Of a stretch of DNA of 64,000 bases, positions 12,469 through 25,420 are shown one piece after another. Positions within the stretch are counted from its first letter, which is position 1. Each line of letters starts with the position of its first letter. The stretch comes from Carcharhinus longimanus (taxonomy: Eukaryota). Under the pieces are notes generated by a model, which had not been told where the DNA came from, searched no databases, and was given only the letters and a program-made list of their open reading frames with translations. The stretch is from contig JASCQW010000112.1 in the NCBI GenBank assembly GCA_030264375.1, forward strand, positions 23,854,162 through 23,918,161. The letters run 5' to 3'. The position numbers were made by a program, and so were the translations under genes.

Positions 12469-13024
12469 TGTTGTGTCTGTCTTCATAATAGAATACACAA
12501 GCTGCATAGAAAAAACTAGGAGCTAAAAAGAATGAAGGTTGGATTGGATTGATTAACAGTCCCATCAGATTGGAAGTTGGCAAACGTAACACCACTTTTC
12601 AGGAAAGGAGGAAAAGAGGAAATTACAGGCAGCTAGACTAATATCAATCATTGGGGAAAATGCTGGAATCCGTTATTAAAGCAGTTTTAACAATGCACTT
12701 AGAACAGAATAGTATGATTAGCACAAGTAAGCACTTTTACAAAAGAGAAATCCTGTTTGACAAATGTATCAGAGCTTGTTTCAGGGAGAAACTATTAGGA
12801 TAGGTAAAGAGGAACCAGTACATATAGTATACCTGGATTTCCAAAAGGCATTCGATTAAGTACCACATGAAAAGATTAATAGGCAAGTTGAATGCTCATG
12901 GAGTCGGGTGTAAAAGGTTAGCACGAATACAGAATTGGTTACCAGACAGTAAACAAAGCGGGCATAAATGGGCCATTTTCAAGTTTGCAGGTTGTGACTC
13001 GGCAGGGGGGGTGCAGGAGGGGTG

Positions 13025-13980
13025 GGGGTGATTCCCCCATCCCACTGCGCTACTTTTGCAGTTCAGCGGACTTGGAGACTTGAGCCGAGGCCATTTCATG
13101 GAGTCCCGCTGGGGACCATGGCCTCCATGATTCTCCAGCATCTGGATTTCCAGAGCCCATCAGCTCCACGCCAAAAATCAGCGTGGAGCCTGAATAATTC
13201 ATGCAAATTCTAATTTACGTACAATTTAAATTCTATTAGCGGGCCCCAAGATTGAAATCCCCAGGCCTACTAGCACTCTTTCCATCACCACCACCAACCC
13301 AGTCCTACCCCAACACCCCCATCCCCATGTATAGTTCATTCCAGCAGGGTTTAGTATTGCTCCCCACTTGCAGGGAGCTGGTGGCTGGTCCCGCTAGAGT
13401 GAAGGGGGGCCATCTAGGCCACCTAAAGGATTGGGCGCCGGGGGAGGGTTACCTCCTGGCAGTGCAAGCCTTGGCCTCTGGCTCTGCCCCAGGGGCAAAG
13501 TGCCAATGCCTAGGGGACACCTTGGCACTGCCGACTGAGTATTGGGCAGTGGTAAGGAGGTAGGACCTGATGGGGTGAGGCTTCTGGGGGCGATTGGTAG
13601 GAGTGGGGGGTCTCACTGCCACTCTGCATCTGAGCTCTGCTGGTGGTTGTGGTGGGTGGGGGCTGGTGGGAACTTGAGGCTGGCCAGGCATGTTCAGGGG
13701 CCCAGTGATCGGGCCTTGGAGGGGGCGGAGGGGTCACATTGGCTGGCAGTGTGGGGTTGGCCAGTGATCAGGAGGCCGGGAGTGTGAGGCCACTCTGCAT
13801 GCGCCGATCTCAGCGCTGACAGAGTGCCACATGCGCCTCTCCAGCGGGAATAGGTCCACTCGCTGAATTTCAGCGTGATTCACGCTGAGGCATTCTGGAG
13901 ATTCATTTTGAAACATGGTCTGAAAAAACCAGCGGAACTTATTCCAGTCTTTATGCAAATTTTTTTGAGAGAGTCACCCC
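13025..13980. mobile_element. GC-rich MITE with imperfect TIRs (Harbinger-like)
   Basis: GGGGTGATTCCCCC ... GAGAGAGTCACCCC (11/14 inverted match); interrupts the CR1 RT just before the GVSQ motif. Confidence 0.65.
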
Positions 13981-15279
13981 CATGGTGTGTCACAAGAATC
14001 AGTGTTGGAGCCTTAGCTATTTACAATTGATGTTTTGATGAAGCGATATATATCTAAGCTTGCTGATAATACAAAGCAAAGAAACTGCAGCGGCGGGTGG
14101 CGGCCCTGATGGCACCTCTCCTGCTGGCCAGATTGATGGGATTCAGTGCCAGATTCTGTGCTTGGAACCTCATTAATTATGCACAAGCAAGTTTCCCTCC
14201 CAATCTCTTGACAGGACGGCAGCTCATTCATCCACCTGTTGCCGTCAACTGGTGGGCTCGAAGGACCCGGTGCCACATTTAAACACTCACATCGCTCTCT
14301 CCAACTCGTGTGTCTTCACCAGACTGTGCAGGATGTCAGCAACCCAGAAGGAAAAGGCAGCAGCCTCAAGAAGTGTGTTCCTTCCTCCCATTCAACCACA
14401 CTCCCTCAAGCCCATCACCTGCAAGATGCTCAACCTCACTTGGACCTATACCCGTCACACCTGGTGCCTTTGTATATCCACTTCTAGTAAACAATGTGGT
14501 AGCCCTTTGACACCCTTGTTTTTTGGCTTATCACGCAGCCTTGTCAGGGTCCAGCTTCCTTTCCCTCTGCCTTCCATTGTTCATTGTCCCCGTTTACCTC
14601 TTTGACCCTCTGCCATCGTGAACCCTTGCCCTCCTCGATCCCCAGTCCACCCTTTGCACATCACTCCTCCTACATTTTCCCCCCTGTGTATGTCAGGCAA
14701 CTCCACAGCTTCACCTCACACTCTAATCCCAGTTGAACTTCGGACCTTTTGTTGTGGTGACTGCAAGAGTCTCACAGTCCAGTGCCTATCTGACCAGATA
14801 GACACTGATTTGTGGCACCAGTGGGAGGAGATCCCTCTACTCCCCAGCCCAAAGTGCTGTGCTGATCTGACTTGGTGACACAGGAGGGTCCATGGCTGCA
14901 GCATGGTGCTGTCAATGAAGACTAGCTCAGTATGGCGATGGAACGCAGGAGCTGGTCTGTCCTGGCAGAGTGGTGGACTGTGCATCAGGAGCAGTACAGG
15001 ACTAGGGCAGAAAGGCTTTGTTGGATGCTCCCTTGAGGTCTCTTGTGAACTGATGACAATCTTGTGGATGTCAGCCTTTTATCAGTTGGGTTTTAGACCA
15101 ACATAATTCCCCTCTGGCGGGAAGCAAGATTGGAAGGCCTGACGGGATTTTGGTTCAGGAGCTGTTTTAATGAATGTTCATGAGATGGAAATGGCATTCA
15201 TGCCACCNNNNNNNNNNNNNNNNNNNNNNNNNNNNNNNNNNNNNNNNNNACTGTGACATAGTTTTACACTGGTGTGTTC

Positions 15280-15600
15280 CTGTTAGATTTTCTGCTCCTG
15301 CTCGCCACCGAGCCAGCGATGGTAATGTCATTGAAAGTCGAGGGACAACAGTTAGATTCTCCCTTGTTAAGATGGTCCTTGCCTGTCACTTATGCTTGTT
15401 ACTTGTCTCTTCACAGCCCAAACCTGAATATTGTCCAGGTCTTGCAGCATATGCACGTCTGCTTCAGTATCTGAGGAGTTGCAAATTGTGCTGAGCACTG
15501 TGCTGTTGTCTTTCTGTATCCTTGCCACTCTCAGTGCTTCTTCCAATTAGTGTTCAATACGGAGGAGTCCTGATTCATCAACTAAGGGAGTGCTCTTTCC
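15280..15600 (-). mobile_element. CR1-clade LINE, second family, fragment
   Basis: Reverse complement of the region seen at 58640-58830 (..QAMTISNKRES.. PLTFNGI). Confidence 0.65.
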
Positions 15601-15649
15601 TTGAGTCAATGTTTGTGAGTACGCCCATGGGAGTTAGACTATATAGAAC

Positions 15650-15968
15650 CTTTTTTTTATTCTTTCATGAGATGTGAACGTCGCTAACAAGACTAGCATT
15701 TGTTGCCCGACACTAATTGCCCTTGAACTGATTGGTTTGCTAGGCTATTTCAGAGCGTCCATTTACGAGTCAACCACATGACTGTGGTTTGGAGTCACAT
15801 GTAGGTCATACTCGGTGAAGTTAACAGAGTTCCTCCCCTAAAGGATGTTGTGAAGCAGGTGAGTTTTTACAACGATTAATAATGGTTTCATGGTCATTTT
15901 AATTCCAAATTTTTACTGAATTCAGATCTACCAATCATGGGATTTGAAACAGGAGCATTACTCTGGAT
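15650..15968 (-). mobile_element. tRNA-derived SINE, SacSINE1-like
   Basis: Reverse strand has TTCAAATCCCA box B, CCTACATGTGACTCCA..ATGTGGTTGACTC core and AAGGGCAATTAG...CATCTCATGAAAGAATAAAAAA tail. Confidence 0.65.
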
Positions 15969-15990
15969 GGATGTGCTTATGGATGGAGCA

Positions 15991-16312
15991 TATAGAATCA
16001 TAGAATCCCTACAGTTCAGAAGGAGGCTATCTGGCTCATCGAGTCAGTGCCGGCCACAATCCCACCCAGGCCCTATCCCCATAACCCCATGAATTTACCC
16101 TAGTTAGTCCCCCTGACACTAAGGGGCAATTTAGCATGGCCAATCCACCTAACCTGCACATCTTTGGACTGTGGGCGGAAACCGGAGCACCCAGAGGAAA
16201 GCCATGCAAGAATGTGCAAATTCTACACAGATAGTGACCCAAGCTGGGAATCGAACCCGGGTCTCTGGAGCTGTCAGGCAGCAATGCTAACCACTGTGCC
16301 ATTGTGCTGCCC
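15991..16312 (-). mobile_element. HE1-type V-SINE, tail type A
   Basis: CATAGAATCCCTACAG... to ...GTGCTGCCC. Confidence 0.92.
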
Positions 16313-16579
16313 TCCTCTCTGCTCTTCTCCAACAAAGGCCTCCTGTGTTGTGACAGAAAATCATGCAACTCACTGTATCGCATGTGATACCATGATAATG
16401 TCCTTTTCCATGTCAAACGAGTTCCATAATCTGCTGCAGCCATAATAGGAGCAGGTTGGCTTTAAGTAATGTGGCTAGGTTGAAAGTATCTCTCAATTTA
16501 GGGCACTCTGCTGAGGCATATAGCTACTCAAAAGCATGGTTAATGTTCACTGCACACTGCGATCATGTTAAATTAGCAA

Positions 16580-16960
16580 GCAGCATGGTTGACAAGCCTA
16601 ACAGATTTTTTAGAATGTAATTAACAAAGTAGATAAAAGGAAATCAGCAAGTATAGTACATCTCATTTTTCAAAGGACATTTGCAAAGTTACTTCTTACA
16701 CAGGTTGAGGGGTTGGGGGTTATATATTAACATGATGAAAGGATTGATTAAAGGCCAAGATCAGAGAGTAGGAATAAAGGGGTCATTTTTCATTTGGCAG
16801 GCTGTTACTGGTAGGGTGTCACAAGGATCAGTGCTGGTGCTTCAGCTGTTTACAATCTGTGTTAATGAATTAGATGAAAGGACCAAGTGCAGTGTATCCA
16901 AGTTTGATACAAAACCAGCTGGGAAAGTAAGCTCTGAGGAGGATGCAAGGCAGGATATCT
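16580..16960 (+). mobile_element. CR1 RT fragment
   Basis: QRVGIKGSF..WQAVTGRVSQGSVL..LFTICVNELD..SKF. Confidence 0.8.
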
Positions 16961-18369
16961 TCTAACCCATAGCATCACTGGAGGTGGTGATTTTACAATG
17001 ACACTCCCGGGGTTGTGTGCTTTGCCATCAGTTGTTTTCATCACGACACGCGTGACAGCATCTTGAGAAAGGGTCACCGAGCTGGTGTTACTGTGATGTC
17101 GCACAGCTCTACCAGCTGGTGTGATGCCCATTTTCCATATCCGGACCATGCAAGTTCAATCAACAGATTCACGCATCACTTGCCAAATATTAATATTCAG
17201 CTGCAAGAGGGCCCAGGACTTGTATCATTTAAAGGTCCAACAACACAACTTCTGGTCAAGTAATTTTGAAGACGCCTGCTGTTATGAAATATTTGAAAGA
17301 ACTCTCGAGTGTTTATGCAGGTGATGGGGTGAGTTCCTGCATTTTTCAGGAAGCGTACTTGCATCCTCACTTGAGAGCAAAGGATTTGGTGACCTGTCCA
17401 CACAAAGGCTGCAACAGGTATGGGGGAATGCAGTGTCAGTGCCTCTGGCTCTGCAACATAAAAGGGAGTTGAAGCAGCCTGCAGAGGGGGCAAACTATGT
17501 GCTATGCCCTCTGCCAGCTTGGAACTGGACTCATTGACCTTTCTTGACGGCAACTCATTGTGATCTGACAGCCAGTCAATGCACCCAGCATTTCTGCATG
17601 CCCATCCACCTTACTATTAAGCGATGGATCAGGCTCGAAAGACCACTTGGCCTATTGGTAACAGAGACATCAATCAAAGGTTTCCTTTCCCTCTGCAGTT
17701 ACGTAAAGTTTGCTTGCTGAGACCTAAGTGGTTTAACCATTCTTGGAACTCAGTCAAGCAGGTATTCATGATGATGCCATCTATTCAGCCAGCTTTATTG
17801 CTGATATAGTTGTCAGATGGCCTCGTCATGAATGCCTGACTGAGTTCCTAGAATGGTTAATCCACTTAAATCTCAGCAAGCGCTGTTTATACAGCTGCAG
17901 AGGGGAGAGAAGGCTTTGTTAGAATGACCTATTTATTGACTAGTATTAGTTTTCTGTTTCTTTAAAGAGCTTTTTTATGTCCATTATGTCCATGGATTTA
18001 TGGTGGGGTGTGAAGTGGAAGAAAACTTTTGACATTGAAACTATGAATGGCTCTGACAGCTTTCTGAGAAGGCAAGGTGGCATTTCAATGGGAATGTTTC
18101 AGTTGATAGTTTGCGGTCCCTCTGAGGCCATGAAACACATCAACTTGCAAAAGGCACCCAACTCTCTCAAAATGGTTGGAGGGGATGGATGTTGTTTCAA
18201 CTGCCCACCCCTACAAGGTGGGGAGTGCTGCATGGTGGCTCAACTTGGCAAATGTTCTATTTCGGCTTTAATTATTATGTGGCTTAATCCTGCGTTGCAA
18301 TCTGTGCATTCAGTTTTTGGAGTCATTGAATTTCATGACCCCCCCCCTCCCTATTTCCTCACGAAAGGT

Positions 18370-18710
18370 GAATGTGGCATGACCAGAGTGGATAGTCAGA
18401 TTCTCTTTCCTGCATTAGAAAAGTCAAGTACTAGGGGACGTAAGTGCGTGGGGAAAAGTTTAAAGGAGAAGTGCGAGGTACTTTTTTTTACACAGAGGGT
18501 GGCGAATATCTGGAACGCGCTGCCCAGGGAGGAGGTGGGAGCAGTTACGATAGCAGCATATAAGGGGCATCTATACAAATACATGAATACAATGGGAATG
18601 GAAGGATACAGCCTCCAAAAGTGCATATGGTTTTAGTTTCGGCAGGTCGGCACAGACTTGGAGGCCAAAGGGCCTGTTTCTGTGCTGCACAGATCTTTGT
18701 TCTTTGTTCA
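18370..18710 (+). mobile_element. CR1 3' end
   Basis: FFTQRVANIWNALP C-terminus; GGCCAAAGGGCCTGTTTCTGTGCTG tail. Confidence 0.85.
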
Positions 18711-18929
18711 TTGTAAGACCTCTCAGCGCAGAAAGACATAGTCACAGGAGGATAATCTACATTTGGGCAATTTGCTGCAATTTCAACTCAATAGACATTA
18801 GCCACATTGCATTTTCACCTGGTTTAGAGTTCCTTCTTGCAGGCCATCCTGATGGGATTATAAAAAATATTCATGTAGACCATAACTATGAACAATATTT
18901 CAAGCAAGATGCAAATGATAAAATATGTT

Positions 18930-19030
18930 GTAAAACAAAAACAGAAAATGCTGGAAAATCTCAGCAGGTCTGACAGCATCTGAGGAGAAGGAATAGAACC
19001 AATGTTTTGAGTCAGGATGACCGTTCATCA
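18930..19030 (-). mobile_element. Penelope-like terminal repeat, family 2
   Basis: AAAACAGAAAATGCTGGAAAATCTCAGCAGGTC...GACCGTTCATCA; reverse strand carries a TGATGA..stem..AAAAC hammerhead remnant. Confidence 0.6.
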
Positions 19031-19087
19031 TATGCTATCCTATTGAAAAAGGTACAACAACATAAGCCAGACATTTGAGGGGGGGAG

Positions 19088-19536
19088 AGGGGGATTCTCC
19101 CGGCCTGCTGCACTGTTCTGGCACCGGATTTCCACCCCACCCCCCAGAGATTGCAATGGGCCAGCGGACAGGGGGTGGAGGAGGGAGTGGGTGTAGGCTG
19201 GCCCGGACACATCTGGGGTGAGGCCATGGGGTGATCGGAAGGCCCAGGTCATGTGCTGGCCAGCGATCAGGAGGCCGTGTGGGGCTACTGCGCATGCGCC
19301 AATCTTGGCACCAGCAGATTGGTGCATGCACAGTGGCGCACTGGGTTTTATGCTGCCGGCCTCTCCAGTGGGAATAGGCCCCGTCCACTGATTTTTAGTG
19401 TGATTCACACTAGGGCACTCTGCAGTGCGCAGGGTGTAGGAGATTCATTTTGAAATTCCCACTGAAACAAACAGTGGGATTTACTCCAGTTTTAACACAA
19501 ATTCGATATTTAGAATTCTTTGGGACAATCCCACCC
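19088..19536. mobile_element. GC-rich MITE, same family as 13025-13980
   Basis: GGGATTCTCCC ... GGGACAATCCCACCC ends; shared subterminal blocks. Confidence 0.6.
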
Positions 19537-19712
19537 TTGGTATTGAAGCAAACATCCTGACATTTTATGAAGTTATAAGCTCAATTTTCAGTGTTTTGCT
19601 AAATCTATTGAAAACTAAATGTAACAAGAGGAAACCTTGGATAAAATTGATGATTTATCAGAAATGATACATTAATTGTTTTACTGACTGTATATCTCTA
19701 TCTTTTTTCCAG

Positions 19713-19751
19713 TTGGACATCCTCCCCTGAATCAGAACCTAAATACAAAAG
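19713..19751 (+). CDS. Candidate 39-nt frame-preserving small exon, possibly of RTN1 (phase 1: xGHPPLNQNLNTK)
   Basis: Branch-point-like TACTGAC at 19682-19688, tract TATCTCTATCTTTTTTCCAG, donor AAG|GTAACC; length 3n; open in phases 1 and 2. No homology evidence. Confidence 0.4.
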
Positions 19752-21825
19752 GTAACCTCCCACTGATGCTACAATATGATTGCAGTTTCCTACATATTAT
19801 TGACTTTAAGTAATTTTTATTTTATAATTTAAAAGAACTACAAAGAACAGCAACATATTTTATAGATAGTAATTTCTCTTTACAAGGCTTAACTCCAACT
19901 ATTTGCCTGTAAATTTATTTTGANNNNNNNNNNTTGAGCAATATAAATTAGATTTGCGTAAACCACAATCATTTACACCTACCATTATAATGAACAACGG
20001 CCTACACTGTACAACAATTCAGTGCCTGCCTTCGTATTCTGTTCTGATCAGACAATTAGATTGCAAGCCAGTCTGATGATAACAGCATAAAATGAAACGG
20101 TGCTTGAGAGTCAGTTTATACCAGCACCTGGCAATATAGTTTATCTCGTTAAACTATGATTGGGTAAATTACTTGAGCTGTGTTGATACTTTGAATTTTG
20201 AAAAAGAATGTTTGTACCTACGTGAATCATCAGATGCTCTAAGTAGGGACTTTATAAATTCTGTGCAATTTTGAGCTTGAGTAATTTTGGATGTACACAA
20301 AGTAACTTTTTTCATCTAATAGTTAATTGAATTCCAGTATGGTNNNNNNNNNNNNNNNNNNNNNNNNCTTTCCTCTCCCAGGCATAATGAGCCACAAGCT
20401 GTAACACAGAGTTCACCTTTCTCAATTCGCATCACTCTTAATCAGAGAAACCTTAACAACATTGAGGAAAAAGCTTCATGAAGTGTGCTTTCCTATGCCA
20501 CTTAAAGCCTGCTTCTGCACATTGAAAGTTATGAAAGATTGAAGTTGCACAAGGACAATGTGAACGCCTTGGCAGGAATTTTCCAGACCATTGCATCCTG
20601 CTGCAGTGAATGGAGATTTGGCTGAGTGCCACATTTTCCATCTTCACTTGCAGTGGCGGCAGGATGTGAACACCCATGGAATTCCAGCCCGTGTGTTTAT
20701 TTTCTGCACCTTCTTTGCTTCCAGCTCTTTTCGCTCTTTGAGGGAAAAATAAATATTTTTAACTATTTTAGCTTAGTTTTGTTTCTTTTTTTCTACCCTT
20801 TCACATTCCCTCACTTTTGCAGAGAAGGAAGAAATCATTTTAAGGTTTTCTTTCAGAGTTACCATTCTTAAAGGATTCTTCTCAATGTAAAGTCTTCTGA
20901 GTCTAGTCACATGTATTACAGTAAGGATAATGTAGAAATATATTCCATTGTGCTTCACCAAAGCCCACTTTTAAAAGATGGAAGCCAATCCGGATATGAT
21001 GGTATTAATAGGGCTGATCAAAAACTTTTGTGCTGATGCTGAAGACATTGGCCTGTAATTTCTGGCACAGTGTTTGTTCGAGTAGGTGGGGGGTGGGGGG
21101 GGGGGTTTCGTCGTGGGCACGGTGGTATCCCAAAGATGAGCTGGGGAATCCCTCATGAAAGTTTTCAGGTAAGCATTTGCACCGCAATTATCCAGAGCGT
21201 TAACTTCCACTGGCCAATTGCACTGTGCTGGAAAACACCTGAGAAAGCAAACTTAGAATGGTTCTGCCTGTGTTACTTGCACTATTAGTTACTCTGAAAA
21301 AGCTAGAAATAAAATGACTTCTAACTTCAGCATACTTATTTTAAACACCCAAGTTGATCCTTGCACAAGATTCCCCCTACACTCCCAGATCCACATAAGC
21401 ATTCCCGCTCCACTGTTTTTCCCACTCCTGACTCCTCCTCCCCCGATTCGCATGGGATTCCCCATCTTTACCCAATCCCCCCGACCCAACACATTCCTCC
21501 CCCATGTCCAACCTTTCCCACCCCCAAATCCCACCCATTCACCATTGACACTTAGCTTCTCCTTGGTCTCTTATTTTCAGTAGAACCTTTATTCTCACCT
21601 GCTTTACAGCAACTAATACTCTAATTACTTTAAACTTCAACGCTGGACCTGGGGACGTGCTGCACTGCCTTGATCTTGTCTGGCGTGAGTCAGGTAGGTC
21701 AGGTGAGACAGGCACAGATGAACTTTAGTGCAAGGAAGTTGGTACAGAATTGCAATCCAAGGCTGACTGCCATTCTGAGGGAGATATGGCCTATTATTTC
21801 ACTTGTGGAAATTGTGATACATCCA

Positions 21826-22520
21826 TCATAGAGTCATAGAAGTTTGCAGCATGAAAACAGGCCCTTCAGCCCAACTTGTTCATGCCGCCCAGTCTTTACC
21901 ATTTAAGCTGGTTCCAATTGTCCCCATTTGGCTCATATTCCTCTATACCCATCTTACCCATGTAACTGTCTAAATGTTTTTTAAAAGACAAAATTGTATC
22001 TATCTCTACTACTACCATCTCAGGCAGCTTGTTCCAGACACTCATCATCCTCTGTGTGAAAAAAATTGCCTCTCTGGACCCCTTTGTATCTCTCCCCTCT
22101 CACCTTAAACTTATGTCTTCTAGTTTTAGACTCCCTTACCTTTGAGAAAAGATGTTATCTAGTTGATCTATGCCCCTCATTATTTTATAGACCTTTATAA
22201 GATCACCCCTAAGCCGCCCACACTTCAGGGAAAAGTCCCGGTCTATCCATCCTCTCCTTTTCACTCAAACCATCATGTCCTGGTAGCACCCTCATAAGCC
22301 TTTTCTGAACTCATTCTAGTTTATTAATATACTTTCTATAATAGGGTGACCAGGACTGTGTACACAGTATTCCAAGTGTGGCCTTACCAATGTCTTGTAC
22401 AAGTTCAATGTTCTGACCAGTGAAACCAAGCATGGCAAATGCCTTCTTCACCATCCTGTCCACCTGTGACTCCATTTTCAAGGAGCTATGAACGTGTACC
22501 CCTAGATCTCTTTGTCCATC
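21826..22520 (-). mobile_element. CR1 3' end
   Basis: CATAGAGTCATAGA microsatellite tail; inverted homolog of ~24100-24785. Confidence 0.9.
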
Positions 22521-23019
22521 ACTGGATATTGGATAAACAGCCTGGCAATGCAGATGTGGTGGAGGGATCGATAGCGTTCATAGAGGTGGAGAGTTGGATC
22601 TTAACAGGAGGGTGAGATGTGCTTTTCCAGGTCATATAAAGAAACCTGTAGACCACCCTTGTCCAGAGCTTCTTCTCCACACTGTGATCATCTTCTGATA
22701 TCTTCCCTTACAACCTATCATTTCTCCTGGATTCCCAGTGGTGACCATCTACTATTCAAAATCACACTCCAGCTTACTAGATAGATTTCTTCCACATATG
22801 CACAGGAGTCAGTCCTTCCCTATTGAAACAAGGCCTGTGAGCTAAAATCTCTCCATACTCTTCATTGCACCAGTACCTGAATTGCTGTTGAAGCAGTTAA
22901 ATTGAAACTGAATACAATTTAAAACAAATAAATTTTACACATTCTATTATGAAATAAGAGATTGATCTGTTCACTATTAACTTGTATTGATGCCCTTGTA
23001 TTCATAAAGGAGAATCCAT

Positions 23020-24785
23020 AGAGCTTCTACAAATACATAAAGCACAAAAGNNNNNNNNNNNNNNNNNNNNNNNNNNNNNNNNNNNNNNNNNNNNNNNNNN
23101 NNNNNNNNNNNNNGATCATAAGTGAATATTTCTCATCAGAATTTACTATTGAGAAAGGCACGGTTGGGGAAATAAATAGTGATGTCTTGAGGACTGTACA
23201 TACTAAAGAGAGGGAGGTGCTGGAAATCTTAAAACACATCAAGGTAGATAAATCCCCAGGATCTAATGAAATGTATTCCAGGACTTTATGGGACGCTAAG
23301 GAGGAAAGTGCGGGTCCCCTAACAGAGGTATTTGAATCATCGACAGCCACAGGTGAGGTGCCTGAAGATTGGAGAGTGACAAATATTGTGCCCTTGATTA
23401 AGAAGGGCTCCTGGGAACTACAGGCCAGTAAGCCTAACATCTGTAGTGGGTAAGTTGTTAGAAGGTATTCTGAGAGACAGAATCTACAGGCATTTGTAGA
23501 GGCAAAGACTGATTAGGGACAGTCAATATGGCTTTGTGAGTGGAAAGTCATATCTCAAGAATTTGATTGAGTTTTTTGAAGGGATAACCAAAAAGGTCGA
23601 TGAGGGCACTGCAGTTGATGTTGTCTCCATGGTCTTTAGCAAGGCCTTTGACAAGGTGTCGCATGATAGATTGTTACATCATTAAATCTCATGGGATCCA
23701 GGGTGAGATGGCCAATTGGATCCAAAATTGGCTTGATGACAGAAGATAGAGGGTGGTTGTAGAGGGTTGTTTCTCAAACTGGAGGCCTGTGACCAGCGAT
23801 GTGCCTCAAGGATCAATACTGGGTTCACTGTTATTTGTCATTTATGTTAATGACTTGGGTGAGAATTTAGGAGGCATGGTTAGCAAGTTTGCAGATGACA
23901 CCAAGGCTGATAGCATAATGGACAGTAAAGAAATTTACCTAGGATTGCAACAGGATCTTGATCAATTGGGCCAGTGGGCTGATGAATGGTAGATGGAGTT
24001 TAATTTAGATAAATGCGAGGTGATGCATTTGAGTGGATCAATTCAGAGTAGGATCTATTCAGTTGATGGTGTGGTGTTGGTGTGAGTTATAGAACAAAGA
24101 GGTCTAGGGGTACTGGTTCATAGCTCCTTGAAAGTTGATTGACAGGTGGACAGAGTGGTGAAGAAGGTATTGGTCTGGACGTTGAATATAGGAGTTAGGA
24201 CATCTTGTTGAAGTTGTTCGAGATGTTAGTAAGACCATACTTGGAATACTGTGTACAGATCTGATCACCTTATTATAGAAAGGATATTAATAAACTGGAA
24301 AGAGTGCAGAAAAGAGTTATGAGGATGCTACCTGGACTTGATGGTTTGAGTTATAAGAAGAGGCTGGATAGACTGGGACTTTTTTCTCTGGAGCGTAGGA
24401 GGCTTAGGGGTAATCTTATAGAGGTCAATAAAATAATGAGGGGCATAGATCAGCTAAATAGTCAACAGCTTTTCTGAAAGGTAGGGGAGTCTAAAACTAG
24501 AGGGTATAAGTTTAAGATGAGAGGGGAGAGATACAAAAGGGCCCAGAGGGGCAATATTTCACACACAGGTTGGTGAATGTCTGGAACAAGCTGCCAGGGG
24601 TAGTAGTAGAGGCGGGTACAGTTTTGTCTTTTAAAAAGCATTTAGATGGTTACATGAGTAAGATGGGGATATGAGCCAAATATGGGCAATTGAAACTGGC
24701 TTAGAGGTTTAAAAAAACGAATGGCATGGACAAGTTGGGCCGAAGGGCCTGTTTCCACGCAGTAAACCTCTATGACTCAATGACT
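23020..24785 (+). mobile_element. CR1 LINE, 3' 1.8 kb of ORF2 (RT) plus 3' UTR, with stops and frameshifts
   Basis: KSPGSNEMY, VPEDWRVTNIVPL, VPQGSILG.LLF, SKFADDTK, tail CTCTATGACTC. Confidence 0.95.
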
Positions 24786-24854
24786 CTATTATTCTGGCCT
24801 CTCCCACAGATTGAAAGAATTTCTCCTTCTCAAACTGCTTCATGATTTTAAGGA

Positions 24855-25225
24855 ATAAAAACAGTAATTGCTGGAAATACTCTGGAGGTCAGGCCACATC
24901 AGTGGAGACAACATAAGAAATGGGAGCAGGGATGGACCACTTGGCCCATTGAGACTGATCCGCCATTCAATATGATCATGGCTGAACTTGGGCTTCAACT
25001 CCACTTTCTCACCTGTTCCCTTTATCCCTTAATTCCAAAAATCTGTTTGCCTCTTCTTAAATGTATTCAATGATGGAGCAGCTACAATCTTAACAGCTCT
25101 GATTAGGGCCACAGATCTGAAATGTTAACTCTGTTTTTCTCTCCACAAATGCAGACTGAACTGTTCAGTATTTACAGCAGTTTCTTTTTCTCCTAATTTC
25201 CAGAAATTACACTATTTTACTTTTG
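24855..25225. mobile_element. Penelope-like family-2 remnant split by a minus-strand CR1 tail (24910-25090)
   Basis: TGCTGGAAATACTC left arm; CTGATTA..CTGAAATGTTAACTCTG right arm; CATAAGAAATGGGAGCAGG CR1 tail between them. Confidence 0.55.
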
Positions 25226-25420
25226 TCATAATCTTAAGAACCTGCCTCTGGTCATCTTCTTTGTTTTTAAAGAAAAGTTTTACTGAACTAAAATTTACTC
25301 CATTCTCTGCATCCTCTCAGTTCTGGTGACTTTTAATGGGATTTCTACTGTGAACATCAGTTTTGTATTCCAAAGATGAGAACTGCACAAAATACCCCAA
25401 GTCTGGCCTAAACCAAGTTT

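Larger units (their letters stand above)
9330..14075 (+). mobile_element. Long decayed CR1 LINE (ORF1, endonuclease, RT), interrupted by one SINE and two MITEs
   Basis: ORF1 zinc-finger CCDCSMWE..CICSTCLQ at ~9360; endonuclease remnants (YLNA, AITET, IPGYTIF.KDR, SDHNTIEF) 10690-11320; RT remnants (VYLDFQKAFD at ~12830; GVSQESVLEP and ADNTK at ~13985-14075). Confidence 0.85.

Noticed and set aside
17977-18636. 219-aa ORF
   Set aside because: Chance read-through into a CR1 C-terminus; the N-terminal part has no recognisable features.
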